Shown: piece after piece, positions 25,203 through 33,448 of the stretch
Layout of the letters: every line of letters starts with the position of its first letter
Numbering within the stretch: the first letter of the stretch is position 1
Virus record (IMG/VR): IMGVR_UViG_3300044740_000006
Span: 1 to 37,141 of that record
Strand: one strand, 5' to 3'
From: a virus
Taxonomy: Duplodnaviria; Caudoviricetes
Length of the DNA: 37,141 bases
Made by a program: the position numbers and the translations under genes
Notes under the pieces: generated by a model
Seen by the model: the letters and a program-made list of their open reading frames with translations, nothing else
What the model was told of the DNA's origin: nothing
The model's database searches: none

Positions 25203-25688
25203 ATGCCCGACACGACGAAGAAGGCGATGACGTTGCTCGAAATGGAAGACGCAATAGCAAAGACCATCGCAGACGAGATAGGACATGGCATGCGAGAGAA
25301 GTGCATCGAGCAAGCTCGGGCTGTCATGACAAAAGTTGTAGGACCTCAGTTATTACTCCAGTCTGCCGATGCCATCTCCGCCCACCTAGCCGCGCAGCGC
25401 GAGGGTGAGGCGGTGGCATTCACATCTATTGACGATCTGGAACGGCTGCACGATGACGGCGGCGGCATTGGACGTGTCGAGGTAAATTCTCGCGCGACGG
25501 CACATCGAAACGTTCCTCTCTACATCTCACCACCCCATCCCAACTTGGAGGTGACGGAAGAGCTAGCAGAGCGCGTAGCCGAAGCCCTGCAACAAAATGG
25601 ATGGGCTTCAGGCGCAGACTACGAGGAAGACTTCCTCCCCGACGTGCGAGCCGCCGTAGAAGCTGCGCTATCGGGGAACGCACCATGA
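25203..25688 (+). CDS. modular hypothetical protein, paralog A (MPDTTKKAMTL)
   Basis: GGAG RBS; shares N-terminus and linkers with next gene; VPLY..PP module. Confidence 0.7.
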   Translation: MPDTTKKAMTLLEMEDAIAKTIADEIGHGMREKCIEQARAVMTKVVGPQLLLQSADAISAHLAAQREGEAVAFTSIDDLERLHDDGGGIGRVEVNSRATAHRNVPLYISPPHPNLEVTEELAERVAEALQQNGWASGADYEEDFLPDVRAAVEAALSGNAP

Positions 25689-26350
25689 CCGACACGACGA
25701 AGAAGGCGATGACGTTGGAGGACGTGCGGGATTGGATGCGTAGGTTGGAGAAACAGCATGACCTTATCCCACCTCTACGCGAAGCATACGGTTCGGCAGC
25801 CGACGCCATTGACGCCCACCTATCCGTGCAGCGCGATGGTGAGATCGTCGTTACTAAAGACGACGCCGGCCAGATCGTTGCCGTCACCCGACAGGATGAA
25901 GAGGGGCGCATCCTATCTGTTGTTGCGGAGAGTGCGCAGCGCGAGGGTGAGGCGGTGCTGTCCCTTCGCGGAGTAGATGAATACGGGCCGATGCTGGACT
26001 GGTACAAGCCTTGGACAGATTACAAGACTGGAACGAAGTTCTACACCGCCCCACCCACTCCTAGCGTGGGGGTGACGGAGAAGTTGGTAAAGGCAATAGC
26101 TGACAAGGTATGCCGATACAACAACTCGCGCTATCAGCCATGGAGCGATAGTAACTCTCCGCATTATGGCGATGCAGAATATTTTGTGCGGCGAGTTCTT
26201 GAGTCTGCAAACATCACGCTTCCGACAGTATCAGATGAAATGATTGATGCTGCACTCACGGCATATGAGGAATTTACCGGACAAGAGGCCGACTATGAAG
26301 GAATACAAAAAGCCCTCGAAGCCGTCCTATCGGAGAAAGAGCATGGGTAA
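25685..26350 (+). CDS. modular hypothetical protein, paralog B (MTDTTKKAMTL)
   Basis: ATGA overlap; shared blocks with paralog A; GTKFYTAPP and VSDEMIDAA modules. Confidence 0.7.
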   Translation: MTDTTKKAMTLEDVRDWMRRLEKQHDLIPPLREAYGSAADAIDAHLSVQRDGEIVVTKDDAGQIVAVTRQDEEGRILSVVAESAQREGEAVLSLRGVDEYGPMLDWYKPWTDYKTGTKFYTAPPTPSVGVTEKLVKAIADKVCRYNNSRYQPWSDSNSPHYGDAEYFVRRVLESANITLPTVSDEMIDAALTAYEEFTGQEADYEGIQKALEAVLSEKEHG

Positions 26351-26915
26351 CTACTGTGAAAAATGCGGTACACCACATGATTGCTCAGTATGCCCAAATT
26401 GCCATGGGTTTGGTTTATGCCCAGAGCCTGCCAAACGCAAGCACACCCCTGAAGCACTGAAGGACCTTGCTTGGAGACTTAAGTACTCCATCGGCGGTCG
26501 TTATAGAGACGAAGCCGCTAACGTGCTCCGCGATATCGCCGATGAGATGGAGGCAACGAACTATCCGGAAATTCCGGAAGGTTGGCAGACTATCGATACC
26601 GCGCCGAAGGATGGAACAACAATCATCCTTGCCTGCGGTAATCGGGTAACAGTAGGTGATTGGATATCGCTAGAAATGGTCAACAATTGGGATGGCGATG
26701 ATTTCGATGCCCACTGGCAATCATGGGATGGCGGATTTATTAATGAAAGCGAGCATTCCGCTACACACTGGATGCCATTACCCGCCGCGCCGTCGCCGAA
26801 GGGTGCGTGCGAACATGAATGGGTCGATGCAAGTAATAGCCGCGTCCAAGGCGGTGAACTGTGTTTGAAGTGCTATGCCATCCGCGCAACACTGTCGCCG
26901 AAGGGAGATGTATGA
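26343..26915 (+). CDS. DUF551 domain protein with Cys modules
   Basis: WQTIDTAPKDGT...THWMPLPAAP; N- and C-terminal Cys clusters. Confidence 0.75.
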   Translation: MGNYCEKCGTPHDCSVCPNCHGFGLCPEPAKRKHTPEALKDLAWRLKYSIGGRYRDEAANVLRDIADEMEATNYPEIPEGWQTIDTAPKDGTTIILACGNRVTVGDWISLEMVNNWDGDDFDAHWQSWDGGFINESEHSATHWMPLPAAPSPKGACEHEWVDASNSRVQGGELCLKCYAIRATLSPKGDV

Positions 26916-27148
26916 AGCGCAAAGGCCCCAATCCTCACTCACGCTTCTCCTGGGCACGCATCCCCACAGAAAGCGGCATCACCTATCGCCTGTTCCGTCG
27001 CGACTTCAACCGCCGCGTGTACTGCGAATGGTGGACGTTTGAGCGTGAATCTCGGCAGGAGCGTGCAGTGAAGCTTAGGGCTATGCGAAAGACGCTGTTG
27101 GAGCGCGTGGATGCGGTGGAGTTGCAAGATCTTGGGATGACGACATGA
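26912..27148 (+). CDS. basic hypothetical protein
   Basis: GGGAG RBS; ATGA overlaps at both ends. Confidence 0.6.
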   Translation: MKRKGPNPHSRFSWARIPTESGITYRLFRRDFNRRVYCEWWTFERESRQERAVKLRAMRKTLLERVDAVELQDLGMTT

Positions 27149-27372
27149 CCTTCGGCGAAAAAAATCTCATCGCAGCTTTAGGAACATGTGAGAGATCATT
27201 CAATGAAGATGAGAAATCACACTTCTACAATGATCTCTATCGTCTTGGATGGGATGGCCGATTCCAAATTTTCATAGGCGAAGCATCCTATTTTCTTCGC
27301 CGTGCGTCACCACTGAAGTATGAACAAGCAATGCACGCGCACTGTCTTGTGATGAATGAAGACATCCAATAA
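27145..27372 (+). CDS. hypothetical protein, last gene of early arm
   Basis: ATGA overlap; ends at terminator. Confidence 0.55.
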   Translation: MTFGEKNLIAALGTCERSFNEDEKSHFYNDLYRLGWDGRFQIFIGEASYFLRRASPLKYEQAMHAHCLVMNEDIQ

Positions 27373-27398
27373 AAAAGCCGGCATTGCGCCGGCTTCTT
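27371..27398. terminator. Bidirectional intrinsic terminator between convergent arms
   Basis: AAAAAA-GCCGGC-ATTGC-GCCGGC-TTCTT. Confidence 0.85.
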
Positions 27399-27400
27399 CG

Positions 27401-27856
27401 TCATTGCAAGTACTCCACCCGTATTCGGACAGCGTAGGTCATTGCACCGGCCGTTCCGCTCGCGTAATTGGATGTCAGATAGGTGATGTTTGTGCCTGCT
27501 TTGGCGTTGATAATCTGCACCCCTTGACCAAAAGCACCCACCGCATTAGCAGTGTTCGTAGGAGTGACGGTACTGGCTTGTAGCGCGGTGCTGGTGTCGT
27601 TGTCGGTCCATCCTATGCCCACATTAGGGAGTGTCGATGAGGCGGCATCTGCGGCTGTCTCCACGGCATACACGGATATGCGATAGAGGCCACCAGCGCC
27701 AGATGGAACGGCGTACACCGTTGAGCTGGGTAGATTGGCATTGACTGCGGTTCCGGTCGTAACACGTGCTGTGACGAGCTGGAAGGGCGGCGGAAGGTAC
27801 TGGCCCCATGCGACCACTGGAACAAGCAATAGAATGGCGAGGAATAGCTTGCGCAT
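27401..27856 (-). CDS. putative secreted beta-rich protein
   Basis: Sec signal MRKLFLAILLLVPVVAWG|Q; Thr/Ala/Val-rich; GLYRISVY...YAVRIRVEYL strands. Confidence 0.7.
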   Translation of the reverse strand: MRKLFLAILLLVPVVAWGQYLPPPFQLVTARVTTGTAVNANLPSSTVYAVPSGAGGLYRISVYAVETAADAASSTLPNVGIGWTDNDTSTALQASTVTPTNTANAVGAFGQGVQIINAKAGTNITYLTSNYASGTAGAMTYAVRIRVEYLQ

Positions 27857-27857
27857 A

Positions 27858-28379
27858 TCAGTACCCAACGATGGTGTAGAGGGTGGTCGCTGCTGAACCG
27901 ACCGCTGTTACTGCCGTACTAAGGCCCGATGGAACGGTCAGCGCACCGCCAGGCGCAATCGGGAATGCTGTTCCGGTAGCCGCTGCACCGTCCAGACGAA
28001 CGTAAAGCGTGTTGCCATTGGTCGACGTGTTCTGAATGGTGAACCAGTGCGGGTAGGTGCCAGCGGCGGCGATGGTGGTTGACGTCGTGCCTACCGAACC
28101 ATTATTGGTCAAACCGGCAGGATTGGAGCTTCCCCCTCCTGTAGGTGTACCGGCCGGCGTAATAGGATTACCGGTGACCGGATCTACCAAATACACCGCC
28201 GGCAAAGCATTACCGTATGGACCAGTGACGCTATAGGGAGTAGGTCCACCTCCGGTATAAGGCCTCGCATAAGTGACATTGTTGTTGTTCTGCGCATAAG
28301 CGGAATGACAGACCAACCCAAGTATGACGACAAGGACGCATACGAGTGTGGAATGAAATAATCGACGTAACGGATGCAT
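27858..28379 (-). CDS. putative secreted beta-rich protein
   Basis: Signal-like MHPLRRLF...VLVVILGLVCHSAYA|Q; WFTIQNTS...TLYVRLDGAAAT....IAPGG domain; TAATG-coupled to holin. Confidence 0.7.
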   Translation of the reverse strand: MHPLRRLFHSTLVCVLVVILGLVCHSAYAQNNNNVTYARPYTGGGPTPYSVTGPYGNALPAVYLVDPVTGNPITPAGTPTGGGSSNPAGLTNNGSVGTTSTTIAAAGTYPHWFTIQNTSTNGNTLYVRLDGAAATGTAFPIAPGGALTVPSGLSTAVTAVGSAATTLYTIVGY

Positions 28380-28756
28380 TAGGAAGCTCCCTTGATGCGT
28401 TCGGTGACGTGCATGGCACCAAGGCCAAGCATCCCGAGTGTGATAGTGGAAAGTTCCGCAATGTTAAGCGGATGGAGTGGAATAGGGTGGCCGAAGATGT
28501 CACCCACATTCACCATAAGAGGCTGTATGACAAAGTTGTACGCGTAGCCGAAGGCGCACACCCAGCCAAGACCACCGCGCCAATGTTGTAGCGGATCGGT
28601 TGATTGCGCTTCTGCCTTATCGATATCCGTCTGTGCTTGGATAAGCGCAAGCGATGCAGCTAGTTGTGCCTTCTCCTGTTCAGTCTTATCCGGGAAGATC
28701 ATTCCCAGGATACCCTTGGCCGCAGTGGCCACTTCGCCAATACCTGTGATATCCAT
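28379..28756 (-). CDS. Holin, GTA-type 3TM family
   Basis: IFPDKTEQEKAQL...AEAQS....HWRGGLGWVC...GMLGLG; TAATG-coupled to endolysin. Confidence 0.8.
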   Translation of the reverse strand: MDITGIGEVATAAKGILGMIFPDKTEQEKAQLAASLALIQAQTDIDKAEAQSTDPLQHWRGGLGWVCAFGYAYNFVIQPLMVNVGDIFGHPIPLHPLNIAELSTITLGMLGLGAMHVTERIKGAS

Positions 28757-29247
28757 TACGTCCATACCCCCGTTCGAATGACATTGGTAAGAAAGACTGC
28801 TCGACGTCCCACCTGGTGATACCACGCTGTGGTTTCCAAGTCGTCCGCAGCGTCGGCGTATTGGCCTTTCTCCATGAAGCCAAGGAACTGCTGGAAGGTG
28901 CTCAACTTCTGGTATCCGAGATTGAACACCATATCGATGGTGGCAAGCTGGCGCGCTTCATCCAGTCCTTTGAACCATACGAATCTGTTGGCTCCGGCAA
29001 GTGCTTCCTGGAAGTCTTCATTCCACAGGAAATCGATAGCTTCCGGTGAAAGAGGCTTGTTGAGATTTCGCCCCACACCGATCGATGGATTGCCATTCAC
29101 GTATGTGCTCTGTTTGATCTGTTGACCAGTGGCATCGTCATAAGGAAGCGTTCGAACACCTTCCCAATCATTCTGCTTGGTACGCAGAGCAGTGACCGCA
29201 TGTGGTGGAGGCGTGATAATGATGATTGTGTCGGGCGTTACGCTCAT
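28756..29247 (-). CDS. Endolysin, GH24 (T4-like) lysozyme
   Basis: EG.R..PYDD.TG...SIGVGRNL, RQLATIDMVFNLG, WYHQVGRRA; ATGA-coupled start at 29247. Confidence 0.85.
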   Translation of the reverse strand: MSVTPDTIIIITPPPHAVTALRTKQNDWEGVRTLPYDDATGQQIKQSTYVNGNPSIGVGRNLNKPLSPEAIDFLWNEDFQEALAGANRFVWFKGLDEARQLATIDMVFNLGYQKLSTFQQFLGFMEKGQYADAADDLETTAWYHQVGRRAVFLTNVIRTGVWT

Positions 29248-29555
29248 GGTTTCTGTTCCTTTGGCTTGAGATTGGGAGCCATCATGTAGATAGCCGAGAT
29301 GTAGTCTTGCATGCGGTCTAGACGTTGCTGTGTGCTGGTATAGGCAATGCCACCGATAACTGCCATGGCGATGCCGAGAACAAACATCACGGCACAGCAT
29401 GTCGTGGAAATCCACATGCCAATGCCACCTGCATGGACATTGATGGTGGCGTTTCCACTGCTCTGCCTTCGTGGAGGCAATAGCTTTTCAAGACGGTCAA
29501 GCTCAGAGCGCAACTCATCCTGAAGATTCGTTTCAGCCGCTGATTCCGTGGACAT
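29244..29555 (-). CDS. single-TM membrane protein in lysis cassette
   Basis: Hydrophobic AVMFVLGIAMAVIGGIAY segment. Confidence 0.65.
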   Translation of the reverse strand: MSTESAAETNLQDELRSELDRLEKLLPPRRQSSGNATINVHAGGIGMWISTTCCAVMFVLGIAMAVIGGIAYTSTQQRLDRMQDYISAIYMMAPNLKPKEQKP

Positions 29556-29799
29556 TGGATCTACCCCTGATTTCGGCTACGAGTTCGAGGATGCGCGTCG
29601 TTGTCTTGCGCAACTCGTCCATTTGAACATCGACCTTTTCGAAACTCTTAACAACCTCATCTTTTTTTACGTATTCTTTTGCCATTTCCTCTCGAAGCTT
29701 GAAATGCGCCAACCAAAGGCGAATCTGTCCAATTACAACGAGAGCTAGAACACCCTCGGTGGCCCATTCGGCAAGATGCTGTAGGTAATCCATGCTCAT
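29533..29799 (-). CDS. N-terminal TM plus coiled-coil protein in lysis cassette
   Basis: GVLALVVIG..LWL then EYVKKDEV...KVD coiled coil; ATGA overlap with tail fibre stop. Confidence 0.65.
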   Translation of the reverse strand: MSMDYLQHLAEWATEGVLALVVIGQIRLWLAHFKLREEMAKEYVKKDEVVKSFEKVDVQMDELRKTTTRILELVAEIRGRSNVHGISG

Positions 29800-32372
29800 A
29801 ATCCCATGTCGGCTTCGATACGCTTCAGGCGCGAGTGTAGTCCAGCGCTCAAGAAGACGTTTAGCTGGGCGTAGTTAATGCCGTAGCGATCATCTTCAAA
29901 GGTGATCATGCCGTATTTCACCCAATTAAGTCCCTCCTCATCGAAGATGGCACATACCTTCTGCGCGATGACGCCGATATGATGCTTAGCTTTTTCGCCT
30001 TTTTCTTCGACATCCTTCAACCATCGGTAAACACCAATAGTGTCTAGAATTCGATTTGAAGCACTAAGTTCTGCATCACTAAGTGAAACAAGAGGAGTCT
30101 TCTCATGTTCATCTGATGTTTGTATGGTTCCATTTACTGCATAAACAGCCGTCCATCTAGCACTGTTAATTCCATTAGAAACAAGGTTGTCAGATATAGG
30201 AATGAATGTTGTTGTCTGAACAGCAACTCCAGATCCAGCATATCTAATGCCTATAAACTCACAAATTGTTACTGGGCTACCTGTATTGTTTGCGTTTGAC
30301 TGAATAATTATAGAGTTTTGCGTGCTAGCAATTGTCCCGCTATTAGCGTTTATATTTCCGGAGAATGTTCCGGTTGTTCCGGAAATTGCTTGACCAGAAA
30401 TAGATCCTGATACAGTTAGGTTTCCAGAGTTATCCAACGTAGCTATATTGTTAAGAGTAGTACCTGCACCAGATGTGTTATACCACTTGAAACCACCAGT
30501 TCCTCCACCTTGGTTGCAGATGAAATCCATCTCTCCGCCGCCGGAGGTTTGGTTCCACGTAATATAACTTCCTTGAGAACCATAAGAACTAAGATGATTG
30601 GTTACTTGAAGACAATAAAGATTCCATAGTCCGGCGGTAGTTCCAGTTCCATACATAGAACCATAAATATTAGAACCTGATCCGAATGCAAGACCATATC
30701 CAGAATTCTGCTCTCCGAATTGAACAAATCCTTGTTGGGTAGTATCAACCTTTCTATATATTTGGTAATTACAAGTATCCCAAGACGTTCCTGCAGTAGA
30801 ACGGTTGTGCTGGAATATAATTTGGTCTGTATTGCTAGTTGTAGAAGTGAATATAAGAGGAACAGCATATGATCCTGCGCTAGTTCCAAGAGACCCCATA
30901 TTTATAGTCAATGAATTTGTAAGCGTTCCACCGGTAAGCAACAGATAATTGTTTGGATTAAAATTTCCAGAATGCCATAGATAACCCTGATAGGTTGAAT
31001 CTACGGTAAGTCCCACCTGGCTTGCTGCATGATTAGCCCAATCGAGATGTATGAAATTGGAAGTAGTACAATCAACAGGATGAGGTAGATTGCTATTGCT
31101 CCAAACCGACGAAGGAAGGTCAGCTAAAACTAGTGTTCTCCAAGTTGGAGTCGCGGCAGAGCCGGATGTAGGACCTGCATGTACCACATTAGCGCTTTGT
31201 GTAACATATGCAAATGTCAGCGTTCCAGATCCGGTAACCGGAGAACCAGATACCGTGTAATCGGCAGGAGCAGATAATCCTACTGATGTAACTCCACCAC
31301 CTCCGCTACCGGTGGCACTTAGAACGCCGCTAGTAGAAAGATTGAGGTTTGCACCGATGGTGATGGTAGTGGGAGTTCCTGATATTGACGCAGGATTTCC
31401 TAAAAGGGTCTGACTGGCAATTGAGGGTAGATCTGCAAGCACCATGGAACGGAATGCAGGTGCGGATGCGGAACCGCTGGAAGGACCGGCAAAAATCAGA
31501 TTCGCATTTTGATTAGAAAAGGCTGTAGACGAAAGAACGCCTCCCGTAGAAAGAGATAATCCAGAACCAATCGTTATGGTAGTTGGGGTAGACGAACTGG
31601 CCGAAGGATTACCTAATAAGGTGGAAGCGGCAATCGATGGTAAGTCTGCGAGAACCATCGTTCTAAACGTAGGGGACGCTGCCGCACCTGAAGAAGGACC
31701 GGACAGAAAGGTATTGGCATTTTGAGTCGATGTACTGCTGATGTAAGGAAGGGACGGAATATCCGCCGCAACCAATGATCGAAAAGAAGGAGTCGCTGCC
31801 GATCCACTGGATGGACCTGCCCACACCAAATTAGATGCTTGCGTGTTTAGTGAAAAAGTTAGTGTTCCGGAACTTGTTACGGGAGATCCGGTAACGGAGA
31901 AAATGGATGGAGCAGACAGTCCTACGGATGTCACATAAGGAAGTGGAGGAATATCTGCTTCCACTAATGGCCTAAAAGTGGGTATAGCTGATGCACCGGA
32001 TGTCGGACCTGCCCATACTTCATTGGCAGGCTGGATAGATACATTCAGGCTGATTGTTCCCGATGTAGTAATGGGGGTATTGGTGACCGTAAAAGGTGCA
32101 CTTACAGCCAATCCTACGGAGGTAACCGATCCGCCTGTGATGGTCGAGCTTAGGACTCCATTGGCGAGCGATAGACCACTACCTATAGTCAATGGTCCAG
32201 GGTAGGCACTCGAAGCACCACTGTTACCAAGAATGGTCCCGCCGGGAATCGTGACAAAACCCGATGCCGCTTGATTCTGGTCATGGAAGTACCGATACCA
32301 CGGTAGCGTCATCCTTCCATCATTGCCAATGACCGGTTGCTGCTGAATAGGAAGAGTTGGATTGATGGTCAT
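29796..32372 (-). CDS. Long tail fibre with C-terminal peptidase S74 (intramolecular chaperone) domain
   Basis: Repeating Ser/Thr/Gly-rich shaft; GTIQTSDEHEKT autocleavage motif, HHIGVIAQ, YGINY; ATGA-coupled start at 32372. Confidence 0.88.
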   Translation of the reverse strand: MTINPTLPIQQQPVIGNDGRMTLPWYRYFHDQNQAASGFVTIPGGTILGNSGASSAYPGPLTIGSGLSLANGVLSSTITGGSVTSVGLAVSAPFTVTNTPITTSGTISLNVSIQPANEVWAGPTSGASAIPTFRPLVEADIPPLPYVTSVGLSAPSIFSVTGSPVTSSGTLTFSLNTQASNLVWAGPSSGSAATPSFRSLVAADIPSLPYISSTSTQNANTFLSGPSSGAAASPTFRTMVLADLPSIAASTLLGNPSASSSTPTTITIGSGLSLSTGGVLSSTAFSNQNANLIFAGPSSGSASAPAFRSMVLADLPSIASQTLLGNPASISGTPTTITIGANLNLSTSGVLSATGSGGGGVTSVGLSAPADYTVSGSPVTGSGTLTFAYVTQSANVVHAGPTSGSAATPTWRTLVLADLPSSVWSNSNLPHPVDCTTSNFIHLDWANHAASQVGLTVDSTYQGYLWHSGNFNPNNYLLLTGGTLTNSLTINMGSLGTSAGSYAVPLIFTSTTSNTDQIIFQHNRSTAGTSWDTCNYQIYRKVDTTQQGFVQFGEQNSGYGLAFGSGSNIYGSMYGTGTTAGLWNLYCLQVTNHLSSYGSQGSYITWNQTSGGGEMDFICNQGGGTGGFKWYNTSGAGTTLNNIATLDNSGNLTVSGSISGQAISGTTGTFSGNINANSGTIASTQNSIIIQSNANNTGSPVTICEFIGIRYAGSGVAVQTTTFIPISDNLVSNGINSARWTAVYAVNGTIQTSDEHEKTPLVSLSDAELSASNRILDTIGVYRWLKDVEEKGEKAKHHIGVIAQKVCAIFDEEGLNWVKYGMITFEDDRYGINYAQLNVFLSAGLHSRLKRIEADMGL

Positions 32373-33448
32373 GGAGCAAGCCATTCGATGATGCAAAGTC
32401 CAGGTCCGGCATTTCCCCCAGTACTGTTGTATTTTCCAGCGCCTCCGCAACCAGGACCGAATGCGTCAATGATGCCTACGCCAACAGTTCCCCAAGATCC
32501 TCCGCCAGCCGCATCGATGCCAGCCGACTGATTAACAGTTGTTCCACCTCCACCGCCATTCCATGTGAAGGTAAGTCCGGACGCTGATCCGCCTGCGCCT
32601 GGTGTGCCGCCATTACCAGCACCACCACCACCACCGTTTGCTGTAATGCCTAATGCGGCGACCGTAGAGGCTGTACCAGCGGTTCCTGCATTACCAGCAG
32701 CGCCACCTGATCCAGGCGTTCCTATAACAATAGCCAAGGATGTGTTCGACCCTAGCGATATCCATCCTTCAGCATAACCGCCGCCGCCACCACCTGAACC
32801 TACATTACCCGCTGATCCGCCGCCGCCGCCGCCGCCAGGACCCCAAATGCGGAATTTGGCCCATTTGACATTCGTTGGAACGTTCCATGTACCAGAATTG
32901 GCAAATACCACCATCTGACCGGCTTTATTGATCTCATTGCCAACAAAGGCAGTTGTGGCAATCTTGGTGCTGTAATCTCCAGCGCTTGGAGTGGGCACAG
33001 TCGGATTGTTGGAAAAGGCATTCGTTATAGCAGTCTGAACAAATTGCGTATTAGCAATGTCAGTGCTGCTATCGCCGACCGTTGCAGTAGGAGCGGTTGG
33101 TGTTCCTGTGAAGGCTGGGCTATTCAATGGCGCAAGGCCATTGATCATATTTCCAAAGCCGACACTTCCAACCGTCCAATAGGGATTGGTAGGAGGATCG
33201 GTATCCGTCGATGGACAGAACCAGAAGTCGTATTCCAGATTCGAATCCAGATAGCACACACACTCGCCGTTCGCATCTAAGATGATCGGATTGGTGTTGG
33301 GCGTACCGGTCGAGGTCGAGTATGTAGCCTGCTTGGTCGTAGTACCTGCCGCATAGGTAAAGAGCTTTGCACCCGATGCCACATTGGTCGTTCCGGGAAT
33401 AAAGAACTTGAGCTTGGGAGGTACGCTGGGGGTGAGGGGGCCAGTCAT
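32369..33448 (-). CDS. Tailspike/fibre adaptor with head-binding N-terminus and Gly-rich C-terminal domain
   Basis: GAKLFTYAAGTTT.QATY...NTNPIILDANGE, APLNSPAFTGTPTAPT, IATTAFV, F..SGTW.VP...GGGGGG. Confidence 0.8.
   Translation of the reverse strand: MTGPLTPSVPPKLKFFIPGTTNVASGAKLFTYAAGTTTKQATYSTSTGTPNTNPIILDANGECVCYLDSNLEYDFWFCPSTDTDPPTNPYWTVGSVGFGNMINGLAPLNSPAFTGTPTAPTATVGDSSTDIANTQFVQTAITNAFSNNPTVPTPSAGDYSTKIATTAFVGNEINKAGQMVVFANSGTWNVPTNVKWAKFRIWGPGGGGGGGSAGNVGSGGGGGGYAEGWISLGSNTSLAIVIGTPGSGGAAGNAGTAGTASTVAALGITANGGGGGAGNGGTPGAGGSASGLTFTWNGGGGGTTVNQSAGIDAAGGGSWGTVGVGIIDAFGPGCGGAGKYNSTGGNAGPGLCIIEWLAP

Noticed and set aside
27858-28379. Lipoprotein (o-spanin or u-spanin) call from LGLVC
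   Set aside because: Residue before Cys is Val, not G/A/S; AYA|Q signal peptidase I site fits better
32373-32450. ORF-track N-terminal extension of the tail fibre (similarly coat 8060, initiator 18323, endolysin 29415, holin 28825, groES-2 12375)
   Set aside because: Mostly overlap upstream genes; downstream starts have RBS or stop-start coupling
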